This document shows, in pieces, positions 15,683-31,494 of a DNA stretch of 64,000 nt. Origin of the DNA: the human T2T-CHM13v2.0 reference genome, Homo sapiens. Below the pieces are notes generated by a model. The model had not been told where the DNA came from, ran no database searches, and worked only from the letters and a program-made list of their open reading frames with translations. The translations under genes and the position numbers were made by a program. Positions within the stretch are counted from its first letter, which is position 1. Each line of letters begins with the position of its first letter. The DNA lies in the NCBI RefSeq assembly GCF_009914755.1, contig NC_060932.1; one strand, written 5' to 3'.

Positions 15683-18159
15683 TTTTCTTTTCTTTTTAAA
15701 AACAGTAAGTACTCAGATTAAGACCCCTCTAATATTGCAGTCTGGCTGTTTATTGTCTGTAAACCGAGGTTCTCTGCCCTAAGCCAATTTTTTTTTTTTA
15801 TTTTTAGCATATTTACTCTTATCCTCATTTCTGTTCTTAACCCTTATCTGATTGGCAGCAACATGTAAGAATAAGAGCATTGATCATGGAACGCGGAAAA
15901 ACTGATGGAAAAAATCAAACAGAAAACTACCTATTGTCATATAGTAATATACTGTAATGTACCAGCTACTCAAGGATAGTAGCATATAGAAGTGTATTAT
16001 CTTCGATATTTTAGATTTTAGACTTTCAACAGGAAACTGTCAGAAGCATAGAGTATGCAAGATGTATAAAGGATGAGATTGAAGAAAAAATGGGCTGTTG
16101 TATTCATGTTTATAATTTTTTTTTAGCTATTGTGTCTTCTAAAGCATTTTCACTTTTTAAAGTAAAAGTGTCAAATCATATACCACTTATTTTTGTATGA
16201 GTGGTGTGAATTATAGACTTCATTCTTTTCAAATGTTTCAAAATTTATGGTCTCATCTATCTTCCCATTGATTTGAAATGCCACTGTTATGCATTAGTAT
16301 CTTGCTTTTCTCTTTACTTCTCTTTTACATCACTGTCAAACCATTTTAATTATTTTCACTTTATGGTACTTTTTAAAAAAATATTTTGAGAAATTTCCTT
16401 TTATTACTTTGCATTTTAAAATACACGTTTACTGTTCTTGATTTTTCTTTGGCTTTTATTTGAATATTTAAGTCTCCCTTCCTTTTCCTCTGCCCCCACC
16501 AAAAACACTCAAAACCAATCAGTTGGTGTTTTTATTTTAAAATAATGTATTAAATTGGAGCTAATTGAAATATTTCAATGTTAAACTTTTCAAATCTAGG
16601 AATATATCATATCATTTTTTTTAAGCCTTTGTTTCCATTGGTAAAGTTTTATAGTTCTCTTCATGTGACTCTTACTTATTTCTTAAGTTTATTACTAGAT
16701 TTTTTGAAGGGATGTTATTGTGAGTGGGATTTTTGAGTTAACTCTCCCTACCCTCTCACAGGTGACTCATTTTCTGATAGTTTAAAAATACTTATATAAC
16801 CTTAGAGTGGAGGACATTCTGTGTATAACACCAAAGGAAACTCATTAAATGAGAAAAAAAATCTATATATTCTACTAACTAGAACAACTTTTTGAATTAA
16901 TAAGGTTGTCTTCTAGTTATTTAAAATCACATTATTTATATGTACATTTTGCTAGCATATTTATAAATTCCTCATGAGATTAAAGATTATTATCTTTGAA
17001 AAATCTCTTTTCTTACCTTACCCTCTAGTATTGTTGAGTATTTTGCCAAGTAAGGGTATTCAGTGGACGTATTTTGGATGGATCTGTAATGAACTCAGAG
17101 AAGAGTTAATACTATATAGTCAGTAATAATAGAGTAACAGCTACCATTGTTGGATGCCAGACATTCATTGATGGTGATAGTGCCTTGCATGCCTTCACTC
17201 ACCAATCCTAAGAATCAGGTACTGCTGTTCTTCTGATTTTTCAAGTAAGGGATGGAGAAATTAATTGACTTACTGTGGTCAGGCTTTTAGTAAGTGGCAC
17301 ATTTGAAAAATGAACCCAGATATGTCTATCCCTCTGCTTTTAACACCATCATATACTGACTTTTCCTTCTTCCAGTCTTCTGCTATATGGATAAGACTTA
17401 CATATACTGAGGAAATATATGAGCACTTTTATTCAAAGAATCTTGGGAAGTTTCTTGGGAGAGAGCAAGTCTGGGCCTTCTATATTAGTCCAGTGGCGCT
17501 GAACTTAGAGCAGTTTGGAACGATGAAGGATGGAAATGAGTTTTGCTAAGACCCTGGTAGTAGCAGTTCAGACATAACATTGAACACTCTTTAATTGCTA
17601 TGTTGCCGGTACTTAAATATAGTATTTGCTTGGAATCTTGCATTTATCACATTGTATTTCAGTGATTTATTTGTGTGACTATTTAGATTATTATTCTCTC
17701 ACAATAGAATGGAAGCTTACATAGCTTTGGTTGTTTTTATATCCTTAACATCCGGTGTGTATGACATGAAAGAGGCTTTTCCCTTCCTCATCTCTGATCT
17801 AGGGTGTTCACAGGTAATTGATTATAGAGGTGATCTTGATAAGTTGTTCTTACTGCCTGTTCATCAGTATTTTGCCCAGAAAGTAGATAGTCCCTGATTT
17901 CTTCATATCTCAGGTATATTAGATTTTCACTTTCTGGAAGGGGTTATGATTAACTTTTATAATGACATTTTGATTTTTAAGCTTTTATTTGAAAATGCAA
18001 ATACTACTTCTTTTCGAAGCTAACTTTCCAGATAAAACATTAAAGCATTTTTTTAAGTGCCACAGTTATGTAATTTCAGAAAGACAAGTTAATAGTACCT
18101 GGCAGGGATGTTAATGGGCATGTTGAATCTGAAGACACTTTTCCCTTGATCTTTAATGC

Positions 18160-18835
18160 AGTTGTTGGTGAGAATGTGGAGAAATCAGTGTATATTGTTG
18201 ATAGGAATATAAAATGGTGCAGCCACTTTGGAAAATAGCCTGGCAGTTACTCAACAGAGGGTTATCACATGAGCCAGGAGTTCTACTCCAAAGTATATGC
18301 CCAAGAGAAATGAAAACATACGTCCACAAAAAAGCCTGTGCACAAATGTTCATAACAGCTTTATGCACAATAGCCACAAAGTGGAAGCAGTTCATATATT
18401 TATCAGTTAATAGATAAAATGTCATATACCCATATAATAGAATGGTATTTGGCAAGAAAAGGAGTGGAGTACTGGTGCATGTTACAATATGGATGAACCT
18501 CAAAAATGTAATGCTGAGTGAAAGAAGCCAGTCACAAAAAAAACCCACATTATATGATTCCATCTATATGAAATGTCCAGAATAGGCAAATTTAAAGAGA
18601 CAGAGAGTAGGTTAGTGGCTGCCTAGGGATGGGGGTGGGGAGAGGGTTGATTGGGAGGAGAAAGAAGGGGGTGACTGCTTAATGGTATGGAGTTTATTTT
18701 TATGGTAACAAAACTGTTTTAAAATTGATTGTGGTGATGGTTGTGCCACTCTGAATATAGTGAAACCATTGAATTGTACAGTTTAAGTGGGTGAATTATA
18801 TGATATGTGAATGATAGCTCACTAAAACTGTTACA
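18160..18835 (+). mobile_element. L1MB-type 3' end
   Basis: gttggtgagaatgtggagaaa...gccactttggaaaa...ctgagtgaaagaagccagtcacaaaa motifs. Confidence 0.85.
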
Positions 18836-19011
18836 GAAACATTCAAATGGCTCTCAAGCATTATCAGTAGCCCTTTTGTATTGTTTCTTCATTCTGCCAA
18901 CGAGAAGAGTTCTAGTTGCACAAGAAGCACAATTCCATTCTTATTGATTGATTAGTGTGCAGTACTACTTTTTGGCAACACATACTCACTAGTGAATTAT
19001 TTGTCTGTTAG

Positions 19012-19150
19012 TTTCTAGTGCCAAACTTAAAAGAAAAAAGAACTGGTTCGGAACAGCAATATATACAGAAGTAGTTGTAGATGGAGAAATTACGAAAACA
19101 GCAAAATCCAGTAGTTCTTCTAATCCAAAATGGGATGAACAGCTAACTGT
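19012..19150 (+). CDS. WWP1: WWP1 exon 4 (C2 domain), VSSAKLKRKKNWFGTAIYTEVVVDGEITKTAKSSSSSNPKWDEQLTV
   Basis: tgttag|TTTCT...ACTGT|gtaagt; 139 nt, phase-compatible with neighbours. Confidence 0.97.
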
Positions 19151-19790
19151 GTAAGTACCTTGTGTAAAGGACGGAAAATCTTCACAAGAAAGTGTATTTT
19201 TTGGAATATGTTTTTTGTTTTGTAAAATGACTTCAAAGTAATGAGTGATTTTTTTAAAGTGTGGATCGACAATTTAAAGTATGGAGAAATTTTTGGTTAA
19301 ATTTTTTTTTTAAGGGGAGGATGCATAATAATGCTTGCTTTTGCTTTATAAACCAAATTATTTCCATTTTCTCTGACTGTTTTGGTACAGAAATAAATAG
19401 GACTGCAAATTAGTCATTCTTAATTTTGGCATTTCAAAATAATAATGGCATAAATTTGTGTATAGTAAAAGTATCATGTAAGTCTTTAGACATTTGTTCA
19501 AATACAAACAGTGTTACTATGAAGTCTCAGTAAGACTCCTGTGTTGGTGTTTTGGCTTGCTGATTCCAAAAATCCTCATCTAGTTATTAAAGTCCTAATG
19601 TATTTGAAAGTAAAATATTTTTATTTATGATTCAAGTAGTTTCCTGTTTCATACAATATTTCTTCTCAAATAAATGAAATTCACGGTTTTTAAAACATTA
19701 CTGAAATAAATGCTTTAATAGGAATTGTTACTTATTAATAGAATGACAACGTCTACTCCTGTATTTTTGTTAATAATTTTACCCTTCCAG

Positions 19791-19915
19791 AAATGTTACG
19801 CCACAGACTACATTGGAATTTCAAGTTTGGAGCCATCGCACTTTAAAAGCAGATGCTTTATTAGGAAAAGCAACGATAGATTTGAAACAAGCTCTGTTGA
19901 TACACAATAGAAAAT
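19791..19915 (+). CDS. WWP1: WWP1 exon 5 (C2 domain), NVTPQTTLEFQVWSHRTLKADALLGKATIDLKQALLIHNRK
   Basis: cccttccag|AAATG...AAAAT|gtaagt; 125 nt. Confidence 0.97.
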
Positions 19916-20656
19916 GTAAGTTTTTTGTTCTGACCTTTATTTCCTTATAAGTTTATTTTAGACACTTTGAACATATCCTGAATCCTAAAAGCAAAAACAT
20001 AGTTTTGTATCCATAAAGAACTTCAGTTATTGCTTGTGATTGATTAACTTTGTGGCATTTTATGAAATAGGAAATATTTACCATGGCCTTTCTGCATTCT
20101 GCAGATTTACAAGGTAATCTCAGTCATCCACAAGTACCCTATTATCAGTGACTATCAGTCATTTATTATTTGCTTATTATTATATTCTTTAAAACTTGAG
20201 AAAATTATCATTACATGACCCTACTCTATTTTGTCACTTGACTACTAACAATTTTATTTGGGTAAAATAAATTGTAACTCTTAAGTTTTCTTTTATTATT
20301 ATATAATTAGTTTATTGTAAAAAACATGAAGAAGATAGACAATTATAGAGTAATATAAAAATTTTCTATAATTTTACTATCCAAGGATAACCAATCTTAA
20401 TAATTTGGTCACTGTCCTTTTGTTTTTCATAGACACAAACATATTTCTTTTTTGCTTTGCATCTACTAGTTTATCCTCTGCTTTCTAGAAATTTAACAAT
20501 ATACCATAAATATTAAGTTTCCATGATACTTTTTCTAGACTGGGATTTTAAGGTAGTTTAGAGTTTAATTATTTGTAAACCTCCTATCATATGCAAAAAT
20601 ATGGGGGTATGTACATATATGTGTAATTCTGGGGAGAGGGTTCATAGCTTTTATCA

Positions 20657-21059
<403 letters not shown>

Positions 21060-21741
21060 TTAGTTTCCCGTTGTCTGACACTTAAGTAGCTTGTAACAGT
21101 TCACTAAAAATAGGCTCTTGCTCAAATCTGTAAATATTTTTGCTCTTCTTATTTCTGTAGAGATTCTCTTATTAATTCCTAAAAGTAGGTTTGCTGAATG
21201 AAGTAAGGGATGAAATGCTGATGATGAAAATAGCAAGTTATCTTTAAAAAGGTTCTTTCTGCAAATCCACATGTAACTTAAAGATCTGTTTTGATCTAGT
21301 TTTTGGAAATAAGTGAGTTATGAGTTAAGAAAATATAATTATGGATTATAATAATTAGAACTAGTAATTAGTAGTTAGTATAAACCATAATAATTTTTAT
21401 ATATTTGGCTTAAAACTTTTTCTTTTTCTTAAAGCATTGTAAGTTTGATTCTCTGCTATGCCATGGCATTTTTTTTTTTCTCAATGAGTCATGCAATTCA
21501 TCTTGATACAGGAAGAAGTAATAGATTTTATAAGTATACAGTACCTTGCCTGGATTATTATTATTTAACCATATTCCCATTGTTGGACATCTAGATTGTT
21601 TTCAATTCTGTTATGTTAGACTCTACTGAACCTCCATATAAAGATAACTATCCACTTATCTGCCAAATGATCTTCTAGGAAGGTTGTAATGTCAATACAC
21701 TTCGAAATGAAGCCCTCACGAATTGTATAAGCTAAAAATTA

Positions 21742-22045
<304 letters not shown>

Positions 22046-22185
22046 TATATAAAAATTATCTCTGTGATTTAATTGAGTAGGATACGGATATGCTCAGGAA
22101 AAATAAAATTTAATAAACACTCATACAGTCAGTAGATGGCTTCAGAAATTTTAGTAGCATCCTGCACACCTAAGAAGTCGGTAAA

Positions 22186-22565
22186 TTAGTTTGCAAGGGC
22201 TGCCATAACAAAATACCACAGACTGGGTGCCTTAATGGAAATTGATTTTCTCACATATCCAGAGGCTGGAAGTCGGTGATTAAGATATCAGTGGGGTTGG
22301 TTTATTGTGAGGCCTCTCTTCTTGGCTTGTAGATGGACATCTTTTCCCTGTATCTTCACATGGTCTTCCCTCTGTATATGTGTCTGCGTCCAAATTTCCC
22401 CTTATCAGGACACCAGTCATTGGATTAGGGCCTACCCCAATGACATTATTTTAACTTAATTACCTCTTCAAAAATCGAGTCTCTAAAAACGTCACATTTT
22501 GAGGTACTGGGGAGTAAAACTTCAACATACGAATTTGGTGGGGGACACAATTCAGCCCCAAACAA
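22186..22565 (-). mobile_element. MaLR LTR (MLT1A-like)
   Basis: gggctgccataacaaaataccacagactgg...gacacaattcagccc motifs. Confidence 0.8.
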
Positions 22566-23005
22566 AAGGTAAATAAATTTATTTGAAGAATTAAATCTCA
22601 TGATAGTATCATAATCCTTTTACAATAGAAGACATTTATGGGTATTAGTTTTAGTCGTTCATTTTATAGACAAATGAGTAAAATAATTTAAAGTAATTAA
22701 AATTAGATTTTAATTTAAGTAAGTTGGTCAAGAGTATACACGTAATTTCCGGGTTGTGATTAAAACATAAGTTTTCTGATTCTTAGCTGCCTAATTTTGA
22801 TTAGAAGTAATATAAAATTAATAAGGTTCAAGACAGCCTTGAAGCAATTTAAAAATACTTTTATAAATGATAGCATTCTTGGTTGCCTTTGATTCAGTCT
22901 CTTGGTTTAGTACTTGGACTCTGAGTTTTAGTTGGCTATCAGTTGAATGAGCTCTACTTAAATTTTGGGGTTATTGTATATTTACCTTTAAAAAGAAGTA
23001 AACAG

Positions 23006-23449
<444 letters not shown>

Positions 23450-25041
23450 TTATTGATAGAGATATTATGTTTCTGAGGTGTGCTCTATATAGAAAATGTT
23501 TGATAGTCAGCACCTTGAATAGAATTGTGTATATTTGTGTATAAGGCTCCAGTGGAGGGATGTTCTGCAGTGTGTCTGTGTTCCTCATCTATTTGCAGAG
23601 GATAGATTTTTAAGGGATGTAGTGAAAGAGGAATCTCCTGAGAGGAAAGAAAGTAGGCTGAGTTTTTAGGTGTTGAGGCAGTGAAAGAAGAGAACAGCGA
23701 AAGACAATCTAGCTCTTCAGGAAGAACCCGGGATCTAGCATGCATGAAAACTTCCAGTATGATTTCTGGCAAGACATTTTTTTAAAAAAAGTTTATGGTG
23801 TGAATGAATGGCAGAAAGGATAAAAGTCCTTGAAGGCAGATTACAATATGGAGCAGGTGACTGTTACCAGAAGTATATGTGGGGGCTCTCAAGGGTAATT
23901 TTAAAGGATGAAAGGACATGGTTTAGTGATAGTGGGAAAGTTATTGTAGGAATCTGAGGTAACATTTATAACAATTATAGACCACAAACAAAGTGGAATT
24001 AATGACCAACTTGAAAGTAGACACTGTCTTATTCACTTGTGTTTTTTTCAGTGCTTCCCACAGTCCACAGCCAAAGATTTTTTAAAAATGTTAACAGAGA
24101 AACTTGCTTATTCAAGTGAAATCTTACCATGGAATCTTATTCTATATAAAAATTTTACTGTATATAAAACATAAAGCAGTATTGAACAACACAGCCATGC
24201 ACATGCTCACATGTCCTTACTCTTGTTATCCACAGCAGTTCCTGAGTTAATTTCTGGTGGTACCCTGCTCCTGAAACCAGTTTGAAAATCACTTTTCTAT
24301 AAGATCAAGTTCAACTCCTGGTTTCAGTGCCTTACCGAGTCTTAGTTCAGTTTGTCTAATTTCCTGCTTACATCTTCATACCCTGACTGCTGTGTTCAGC
24401 TAGTCTTCTCATTATCTTCTGAGTATGCTTTGCTGGGTCTCCTGTACTGAAAGCAACTTATCACTAATCATGTCCTTGGTATTTTCAATAATTATACATT
24501 TGTTTAGTGTGTTTTTATATTTCATTCTTTAACATAGGTGGAATTATTATGGAGAGTGTGTAAAAATTATATCTAAGGTAGCTACTAAGAAGGCTGAGGC
24601 AAGAGGATCTCTTGAGGCCCAGAGTTCAAGGCTGCAGTGAACTATCATTGTGTCTGTGTACAGTTGCTGTACCCTAGCCTGAGTACACATTTTATCATTT
24701 TATGTTCCACTCATATAGCAGGCTGTTCTCTCCCTTCCTTTCCTCCTCGTTCTTCTTTTGTGTGTGTGTTTGGGTGGGGGGGCGGGGTGTCTTGACAATG
24801 ATGCAGGCCCTGTGGTATACTCAATTATTTTTGTCTAAGTGCTATTAGAATGTAACTTTTACTTAACTATCCTTACCTTTCAACATAAATGTACTGAAAC
24901 TTGCCCAAAATTCTTTTTGGAATGGAGTGGAGGTATAATTAATAATTCCACAAATGAAAATATAAACTAGTTGTAATGACTGTAACTGAAGAAACTTTGA
25001 GTATCATTCAGTTACAGGGATTCAATTTTTTCCGTAGATAC

Positions 25042-25430
25042 TGTCTTACTGCATTTGTTCTGCTGTAACAAAATACCTGAGACTAGGTAACTTATGGAGA
25101 ACATAAATACATTCATCACAGTTCTAGGATCTGGAAGTCCAAGATCAAGATGCCAGCAGGTTCGAGTTTGGAGAGGATCCAGTTCCTGTTTCCAAGATGG
25201 CACCTTGTTGCTGCATCCTCTGAAGGGGATGAACACTGTCCTCACATGGCAAAAGGGACAGAAAAGGGCACACCCACTCACTCAAGTCCTTTTATAAAGG
25301 CCCTAATTCCATCCGTGAGGACTGCGCCCTCTTGATTTAATCCCTTCCTAAAGACCCTAATTTTTAATACTATCATAGTAGTGATTAAGTTTCAACATAC
25401 AAATTTTGTGGGATGCCATCAGACTGAAGC
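25042..25430 (-). mobile_element. MaLR LTR (MST-like)
   Basis: gctgtaacaaaatacctgagactaggtaactta...aagtccaagatcaag motifs. Confidence 0.8.
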
Positions 25431-25799
25431 AGAGGTGGTCCAACTTTTTCTTAACCTAAATTATTTTTATTGGTTGCCATATATATATTAAATGACCCTT
25501 ATTTTCACATTCTTCCATTAGCAGTGGTCCTGTGTATTAGGCATTTATCTTTTATTGGAAAGATATTTATATTAGAACCACTTAAAGGATAAAATACCAA
25601 GAATCTTGTGAAAAAGGTAGAAGGGAGTGCCAAAATAGCCTGTGAATAATAACACGGATTCTACTTTGTATTACCACTTGTCTTGACCATAATCTTGATT
25701 TCTAATCTTTTAAAATATATTCTTTTATAATCCCAGTGCCATTGAATTTTACTGACACATTCATATATGTATATTTATTTATTTATTTATTTATTTTAT

Positions 25800-26110
25800 C
25801 ATTATTATTTTTTTCCTTGAGACAGTCTCACTCTGTCACCCAGGCTGGAGTGCAGGGGTGCAGTCTCGGCTCACTGCAGCCTTTGCCTCCTAGGTTCAAG
25901 CAATTCTCCCACCTCAGCCTCCTGAGTAACTGGGGTTACAGACGTGTGCTACCATGCACCACCATGTGCGGCTCATTTTTGTATTTTTTGGTAGAGATGG
26001 GGTTTCACCATGTTAGCCAGACTGGTCTCGAACTCCTGACCTCAAGTGATCTGCCTGCCTCAGCCTCTGAAAGTGCCGGGATTATAGGCATGACCCACTG
26101 CAACCCAGCT
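25800..26110 (-). mobile_element. AluS
   Basis: Antisense dimer. Confidence 0.9.
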
Positions 26111-26184
26111 GGTGTTTTATATTTTTATATAATTTTCTTCCATCTTCATAATGAAAAGTTAGCTTCATTTAAGCATCATTCAGT

Positions 26185-26400
26185 AAGGGCTGCTGTCCAA
26201 CAGAACTTCTGCAGTGATGGTTATATTCTGTATCTCTGCTATCCAATATGGTAGCCTTTCATCATGTATGGCAGTTGAGCATTTGAAATGTGGTTTGTAG
26301 AACTAAAGTGTTTAATTTTAAACTTGGTTTTATTTTAATTAAATTTACATTTAAATAGCCATACATGGCCGCTGGCTACTGTATTGGTCAGTGCAGTATC
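26185..26400. mobile_element. MER3-like hAT DNA transposon relic
   Basis: gctgtccaacagaacttctgcagtgatgg...gctactgtattgg. Confidence 0.7.
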
Positions 26401-27442
26401 AGACTCTTTTGTGTTTGAATTGCAAAATCAGAATTTATCTCTGCCTTTTTTTTTTTTTTAAACAACTTTCCTTTCCTTCCTACTTACTTTTATATTTCTC
26501 TTAGGTAGAGTTTTAGTTTCATCAGTAGGTACCAGGTTGTCTGTTTTTTTTTTCCTTTTTTCTTTTTTAAATGTTGCCCAGGCCAGTGGCTGTTCACAGG
26601 TGCTATCCTAGTGTACGGTAGCCTCCAACTCCTGGACTCAAGCGATCCTCCCACCACAGTCTTCTGAGGCCACTACGCTTGGCTAGGTTGTCTTTTTTGT
26701 AAGGATCAATTCTGGAAGCTCCTTGAGTATTTTCTTCATTGTTAGTTTGAAATCTGTGTTTGTTTTCTCCTTCATTATGATTTGCTGCCATTTGTCTTTT
26801 ATGTTTCCCCTGGCACACTTTTTGATATAATCTAATCATATTGCCTTTTTTTCCCTCTAGGTAGTTCACTGTGTCATCTGTTTGGTCTGTGTTCTGGTTT
26901 TGATTGATACTGTTAGTCATTCATTTCTTTATTGCTTACAATGTTGCTTTGAAATTTTCATGTTTTCCATTGTATTTTTAGTTTTCACAAAATCATTTCT
27001 TTTATAATAGTTCTTAATTTATTTAAACATCTTGGTAGATTATATTAGCCAATAATTCTTATTTTATTTGCCTAAGATTTTAAAAGTTTTTCATAGAACA
27101 TAAGCATTTATTATTTTGACTTCTGCAGTCTTTTAAATCAGACCTGAGTTGCTTTTTAATTTTATATTCCCATTTGCTAACAGCCAGTAGACTTCTCTTT
27201 TCTTATTTATGACTTTTTGAAATAAAGATGACTTTGTTGTTTTGATATGTTTGGTTCAAAGCTTCCCATCTTCCAAGAAGTTGCATATTTTACCTCTGAT
27301 ATGCTTTGATAACTTGCTTAAAGTTAGAAACCCTTAAAATTGTATTTCTTACTTTCTTAGATCTGGGACTTTTCTTCATTAAATAAACATTTATTGAGTT
27401 TTAGGAAGAGACATACAAAACATATAAAGAATATGTGGTTTC

Positions 27443-29044
27443 TTTTTTTTTTTTTAGTATTTATTGATCATTCTTGGGTGTTTCTCGGAGAGGGGGATTT
27501 GGCAGGGTCATAGGACAATAGTGGAGGGAAGGTCAGCAGATAAACATGTGAACAAGGGTCTGTGGTTTTCCTAGGCAGAGGACCCTGCGGCCTTCCGCAG
27601 TGTTTGTGTCCCTGGGTACTTGAGATTAGGGAGTGTGATGACTCTTAACGAGTATGCTGCCTTCAAGCATCTGTTTAACAAAGCACATCTTGCACCCCCC
27701 TTAATCCATTTAACCCTGAGTGGATACAGCACATGTTTCAGAGAGCACCAGGTTGGGGGTAAGGTTATAGATTAACAGCATCCCAAGGCAGAAGAATTTT
27801 TCTTAGTACAGAACAAAATGGAGTCTCTTATGTCTACTTCTTTCTACACAGACACCGTAACAATCTGATCTCTCTTTCTTTTCCCCACATTTCCCCCTTT
27901 TCTATTCGACAAAACCCCCATCATCATCATGGCCCGTTCTCAATGAGCTGTTGGGTACACCTCCCAGACGGGGTGGCGGCCAGGCAGACGGGCTCCTCAC
28001 TTCCCAGACGGGGCGGCCGGGCAGAGGCGCCCCCCCACCCACCTCCCGGATGGGGCGGCTGCCCGGCGGAGGCCGCCCCCCACCTCCCTCCCAGATGGGG
28101 CGGCTGGCGGGGTGGGGGCTGCCCCCCACCTCCTTCCCAGATGGGGCGGCTGGCCGGGCGGGGGCTGCCCCCCACCTCCTGGACGGGGCGGCTGCCGGGC
28201 GGAGACGCTCCTCACTTCCCGGACGGGGCGGCTGCCAGGCGGAGGGGCTCCTCACTTCTCAGACGGGGCAGCCCGGCAGAGACGCTCCTCACCTCCCAGA
28301 AGGGGTGGCGGTCTGGCAGAGACACTCCTCAGATCCCAGACGGGGTCGCAGCTGGGCAGAGGCACTCCTCACATCCCAGACGGAGCGGCGGGGCAGAGGC
28401 GCTCCCCACATCTCAGACGATGGGCAGCCGGGCAGACACGCTCCTCACTTCCTAGACGGGATGGCGGCCAGGAAGAGGCGCTCCTCACTTCCCAGACTGG
28501 GCGGCCGGGCAGAGGGGCTCCTCACATCCCAGACGACGGGCGGCCAGGCAGAGACGCTCCTCACTTCCCAGACGGGGTGGCGGCTGGGCACAGGCTGCAA
28601 TCTCGGCACTTTGGGAGGCCAAGGCAGGCGGCTGGGAGGTGGAGGTTGTAGCAAGCCGAGATCACGCCACTGCACTCCAGCCTGGGCAAGATTGAGCACT
28701 GAGTGAGCGAGACTCCGTCTGCAATCCCGGCACTTCGGGAGGCCCAGGCTGGCAGATCACTCGCGGTCAGGAGCTGGAGACCAGCCCGTCCAACACGGCG
28801 AAACCCCGTCTCCACCAAAAAATACAAAAACCAGTCAGGCGTGGCAGCGGGCGCCTGCAATCCCAGGCACTAGGCAGGCTGAGGCAGGAGAATCAGGCAG
28901 GGAGGTTGCAGTGAACCGAGATGGCGGCAGCACAGTCCAGCCTCGGCTCAGCATCAGAGGGAGACCGTGGAAAGTGGGAGACGAGAGGGAGACGGGAGAG
29001 GGGGAGGGAGAGGGGGAGGGAGGAGGAGCGGGAGGGAGAGGGAG
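27443..29044 (-). mobile_element. Full-length SVA #1 (older, SVA_B/C-like), antisense in intron 5
   Basis: Poly(T), SINE-R, GC-rich VNTR, Alu-like region and AGAGGG hexamer; 17-bp TSD aagaatatgtggtttct at 27427-27443 and 29045-29061; endonuclease site TTTCT/GA. Confidence 0.97.
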
Positions 29045-29816
29045 AAGAATATGTGGTTTCTGACCACTCCCCCATTCTACCATAGTAGGAACCCAATAGT
29101 CTACCATATCAGAATAGATTTTGCAGTTATTGAGGTCATTTGTTCCTTTTCAGATTTACAAGGCTAATTTCTTCCTTTGTTAAGGCTCCCTATTGTTTTC
29201 TCGTATATTTCATGGTTTTTCATCTATCTTTTCTGATATATTTGGGGTAATGGTGGGGGAGTGATTTATTTGAATAGGTATATTTTCTATTTTTGAAGTT
29301 TTTTTTAATTTCTTCATCCTTGATGGTATGTGTTATTACAGCCATAAATAAACCTTATTTACATATACATAAATAAACCCCCCAGACTCTCCTAACATAA
29401 ATTATTTGTATTGTTTTCCCCAGAATCCAACTAACTGCGTCTTGTTAGGGAGATTGTTCCACTTCTTCACATTTAAGCCCTAGTGAGCTTTCACTCCTTA
29501 ACCTTCATCTGTTTTGTATAAGCCCAGTTGGTTTATTCCCAAAGCTTTTGCTCCTTTAATCCTCTAATACATTGTCTCAGAATGTTTGTGGATTTAAGCC
29601 ATCATTTGTGCCTCAGTTAAACTTCAGTTCTGTGTTCAGGTCAGTTGAACAACATTCCAAACTATGGAAATAATTTTTTGGCTCTGCGGAGATGTGTGGT
29701 ATTTTTAGCTTTCTTTCCCTTATGTCACCAGTGTGAGATACTGATATCTGAGGTATGTTTCACTCAGTCAGCCTCACTATTTCTTAAACTACATAGGAAA
29801 AAAAAAATCCCTCTAT

Positions 29817-30564
29817 TGTTACAGATAAACAAAGCTGGACACTGTTTAGAGTAGTCAGAACATACTTTAATCAATAATATGTTTTTGCAATAAGGAAGAG
29901 ATTCCAGCATGAACTGAACTCAACTTTGATTTGTATAGAGGTTACTGGGTCTTTTAAAAGGAGAATGAAGGAGTGGGGGTGGGGGGTTCAATGGAGGCTC
30001 AGTAGAGTCAGGAAAATGAAAAATTACAAAAGCTTGGTCAGTGTAAATGCAATTAGGCCCTTGTGTTTGGTAGCTGGCAAGTAACGAAGTCAGGATTCTG
30101 TCCTCCCACAGAGACAGGGAAACAAAAGCCCTATCCTTCCCAATGATTGCATTTTAAAGGAATGTCTTTCAGGCCCTTGAGAAAGACACTCACATGTTAT
30201 AGGAGACAGAGGAAGGATTTACCATTGTAAGCCGTTTTTAGTAAATGCTCTAAGAAAGAGTAGTCGGGGGCCTATCATCAGGTGTTGGTTACAACAGACA
30301 ATAAATTCTTTTGGCAGCCTTAAGTTTTCTCAGGCAGGTGCTTTAAGGGGAGTTAGGGTTATCCCTAAGAGCCTTGAACTGTTAGGAACTATGGTGGTGC
30401 TTGCTCAAGTCTTTTAGTGTGTGTGCAATGGTGGTAGTGGTGCTGGGATTGTGGAGGAAATCATTTGTGCTGAGTTTGCAGTTTTTCTAGGCCAAGATTG
30501 AGGCCTAGTCAAGAAGGTCCTGAGGACCCTGACTAGAGTTTGATTAAAGAGAGAATCTTTGTCA
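29817..30564 (-). mobile_element. ERV1 solo LTR (MER67-like)
   Basis: TG...CA ends; minus strand starts TGACAAAGATTCTCTC; TSD CTAT at 29813-29816 and 30565-30568. Confidence 0.75.
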
Positions 30565-31494
30565 CTATACCCATAGGTGAAAACCATAGAAATAGTATAG
30601 CTAACATACACATTAGAGTATATTCAGAACTTCACTTTGTGTTTCAATTTTGAGGCGGAGAGAACCACTTTAAATATTCCAGAGAGGAGTGAGATGGCTG
30701 CCATTCAAATACTGATAATTAGACTGAGGTTTTTTATTTATTTTATTTTTTATGGTGTTAATAGAACCAAGAACTTAGTTTTTGTCAAGGAAAGCATTTT
30801 GAAATCCATTAAGTTCAATTCGAAGTAAATTATGTCCAAAATGATTTATAATGAATAAATCTCTCTTTATATTGAATGGTGGGGAAATACAGCAGAGAAA
30901 TGTATCATTTGTGGTACTGGACAGAGCATAGTCAAATTTGGTTTTATTTTATAATTCTCTTTAGCCTTATTAACTGAGTGAATTTGCTTATTTAGTTATT
31001 TGTTTAGTTTACTAAGACAAATTTTGTTTTATAAATTCACTTACTATCAACACAAACTCAGATATTTTGAAGTCAAAGCTTTGAATAAACAGTATTTTCA
31101 CATTCAATGATGTAAGTGCCTCTTTATTCTTTCGAAAATTTTTTTGTATTGAAATTACTGGGAGGTAAAAGGGAATGAAAAGTTTTCTGGAAGTTCAGCT
31201 GCCTTTCTGAAAAGTTCTACTAATTTATATACACAAACGTAGCGTATGACAGCACCCATTTGTAAATATTTGCCACATTATTAGATAAAAAAATGAGAAG
31301 TTTTATTATCAAAGCATTTCTTTGATTATTAATAAGGTCAGATGTTTATTAGTCATTCATACTTCATCATTTATGATTGTCTCATGCTCTTTGTACATTT
31401 TTTATTGGTTTGTTTAGTTTTTTTCTCACTAATTCCTAAGAGCTCTTATTTTTTTCTCTCAGTTAATCATTAGCCTTTTTATTTTTTAATTTGT

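Noticed and set aside
25736-26254. 172-aa ORF and similar Alu-derived ORFs throughout
   Set aside because: Typical antisense Alu translations.
27960-28600. Repeat-spacer-like array or CpG island promoter
   Set aside because: SVA VNTR; not CRISPR (human DNA), and the WWP1 promoter/exon 1 appears to lie upstream of the window.
27902-28860. Long overlapping ORFs (up to 251 aa) in several frames
   Set aside because: GC-rich SVA VNTR/Alu-like sequence is stop-poor; not genes.
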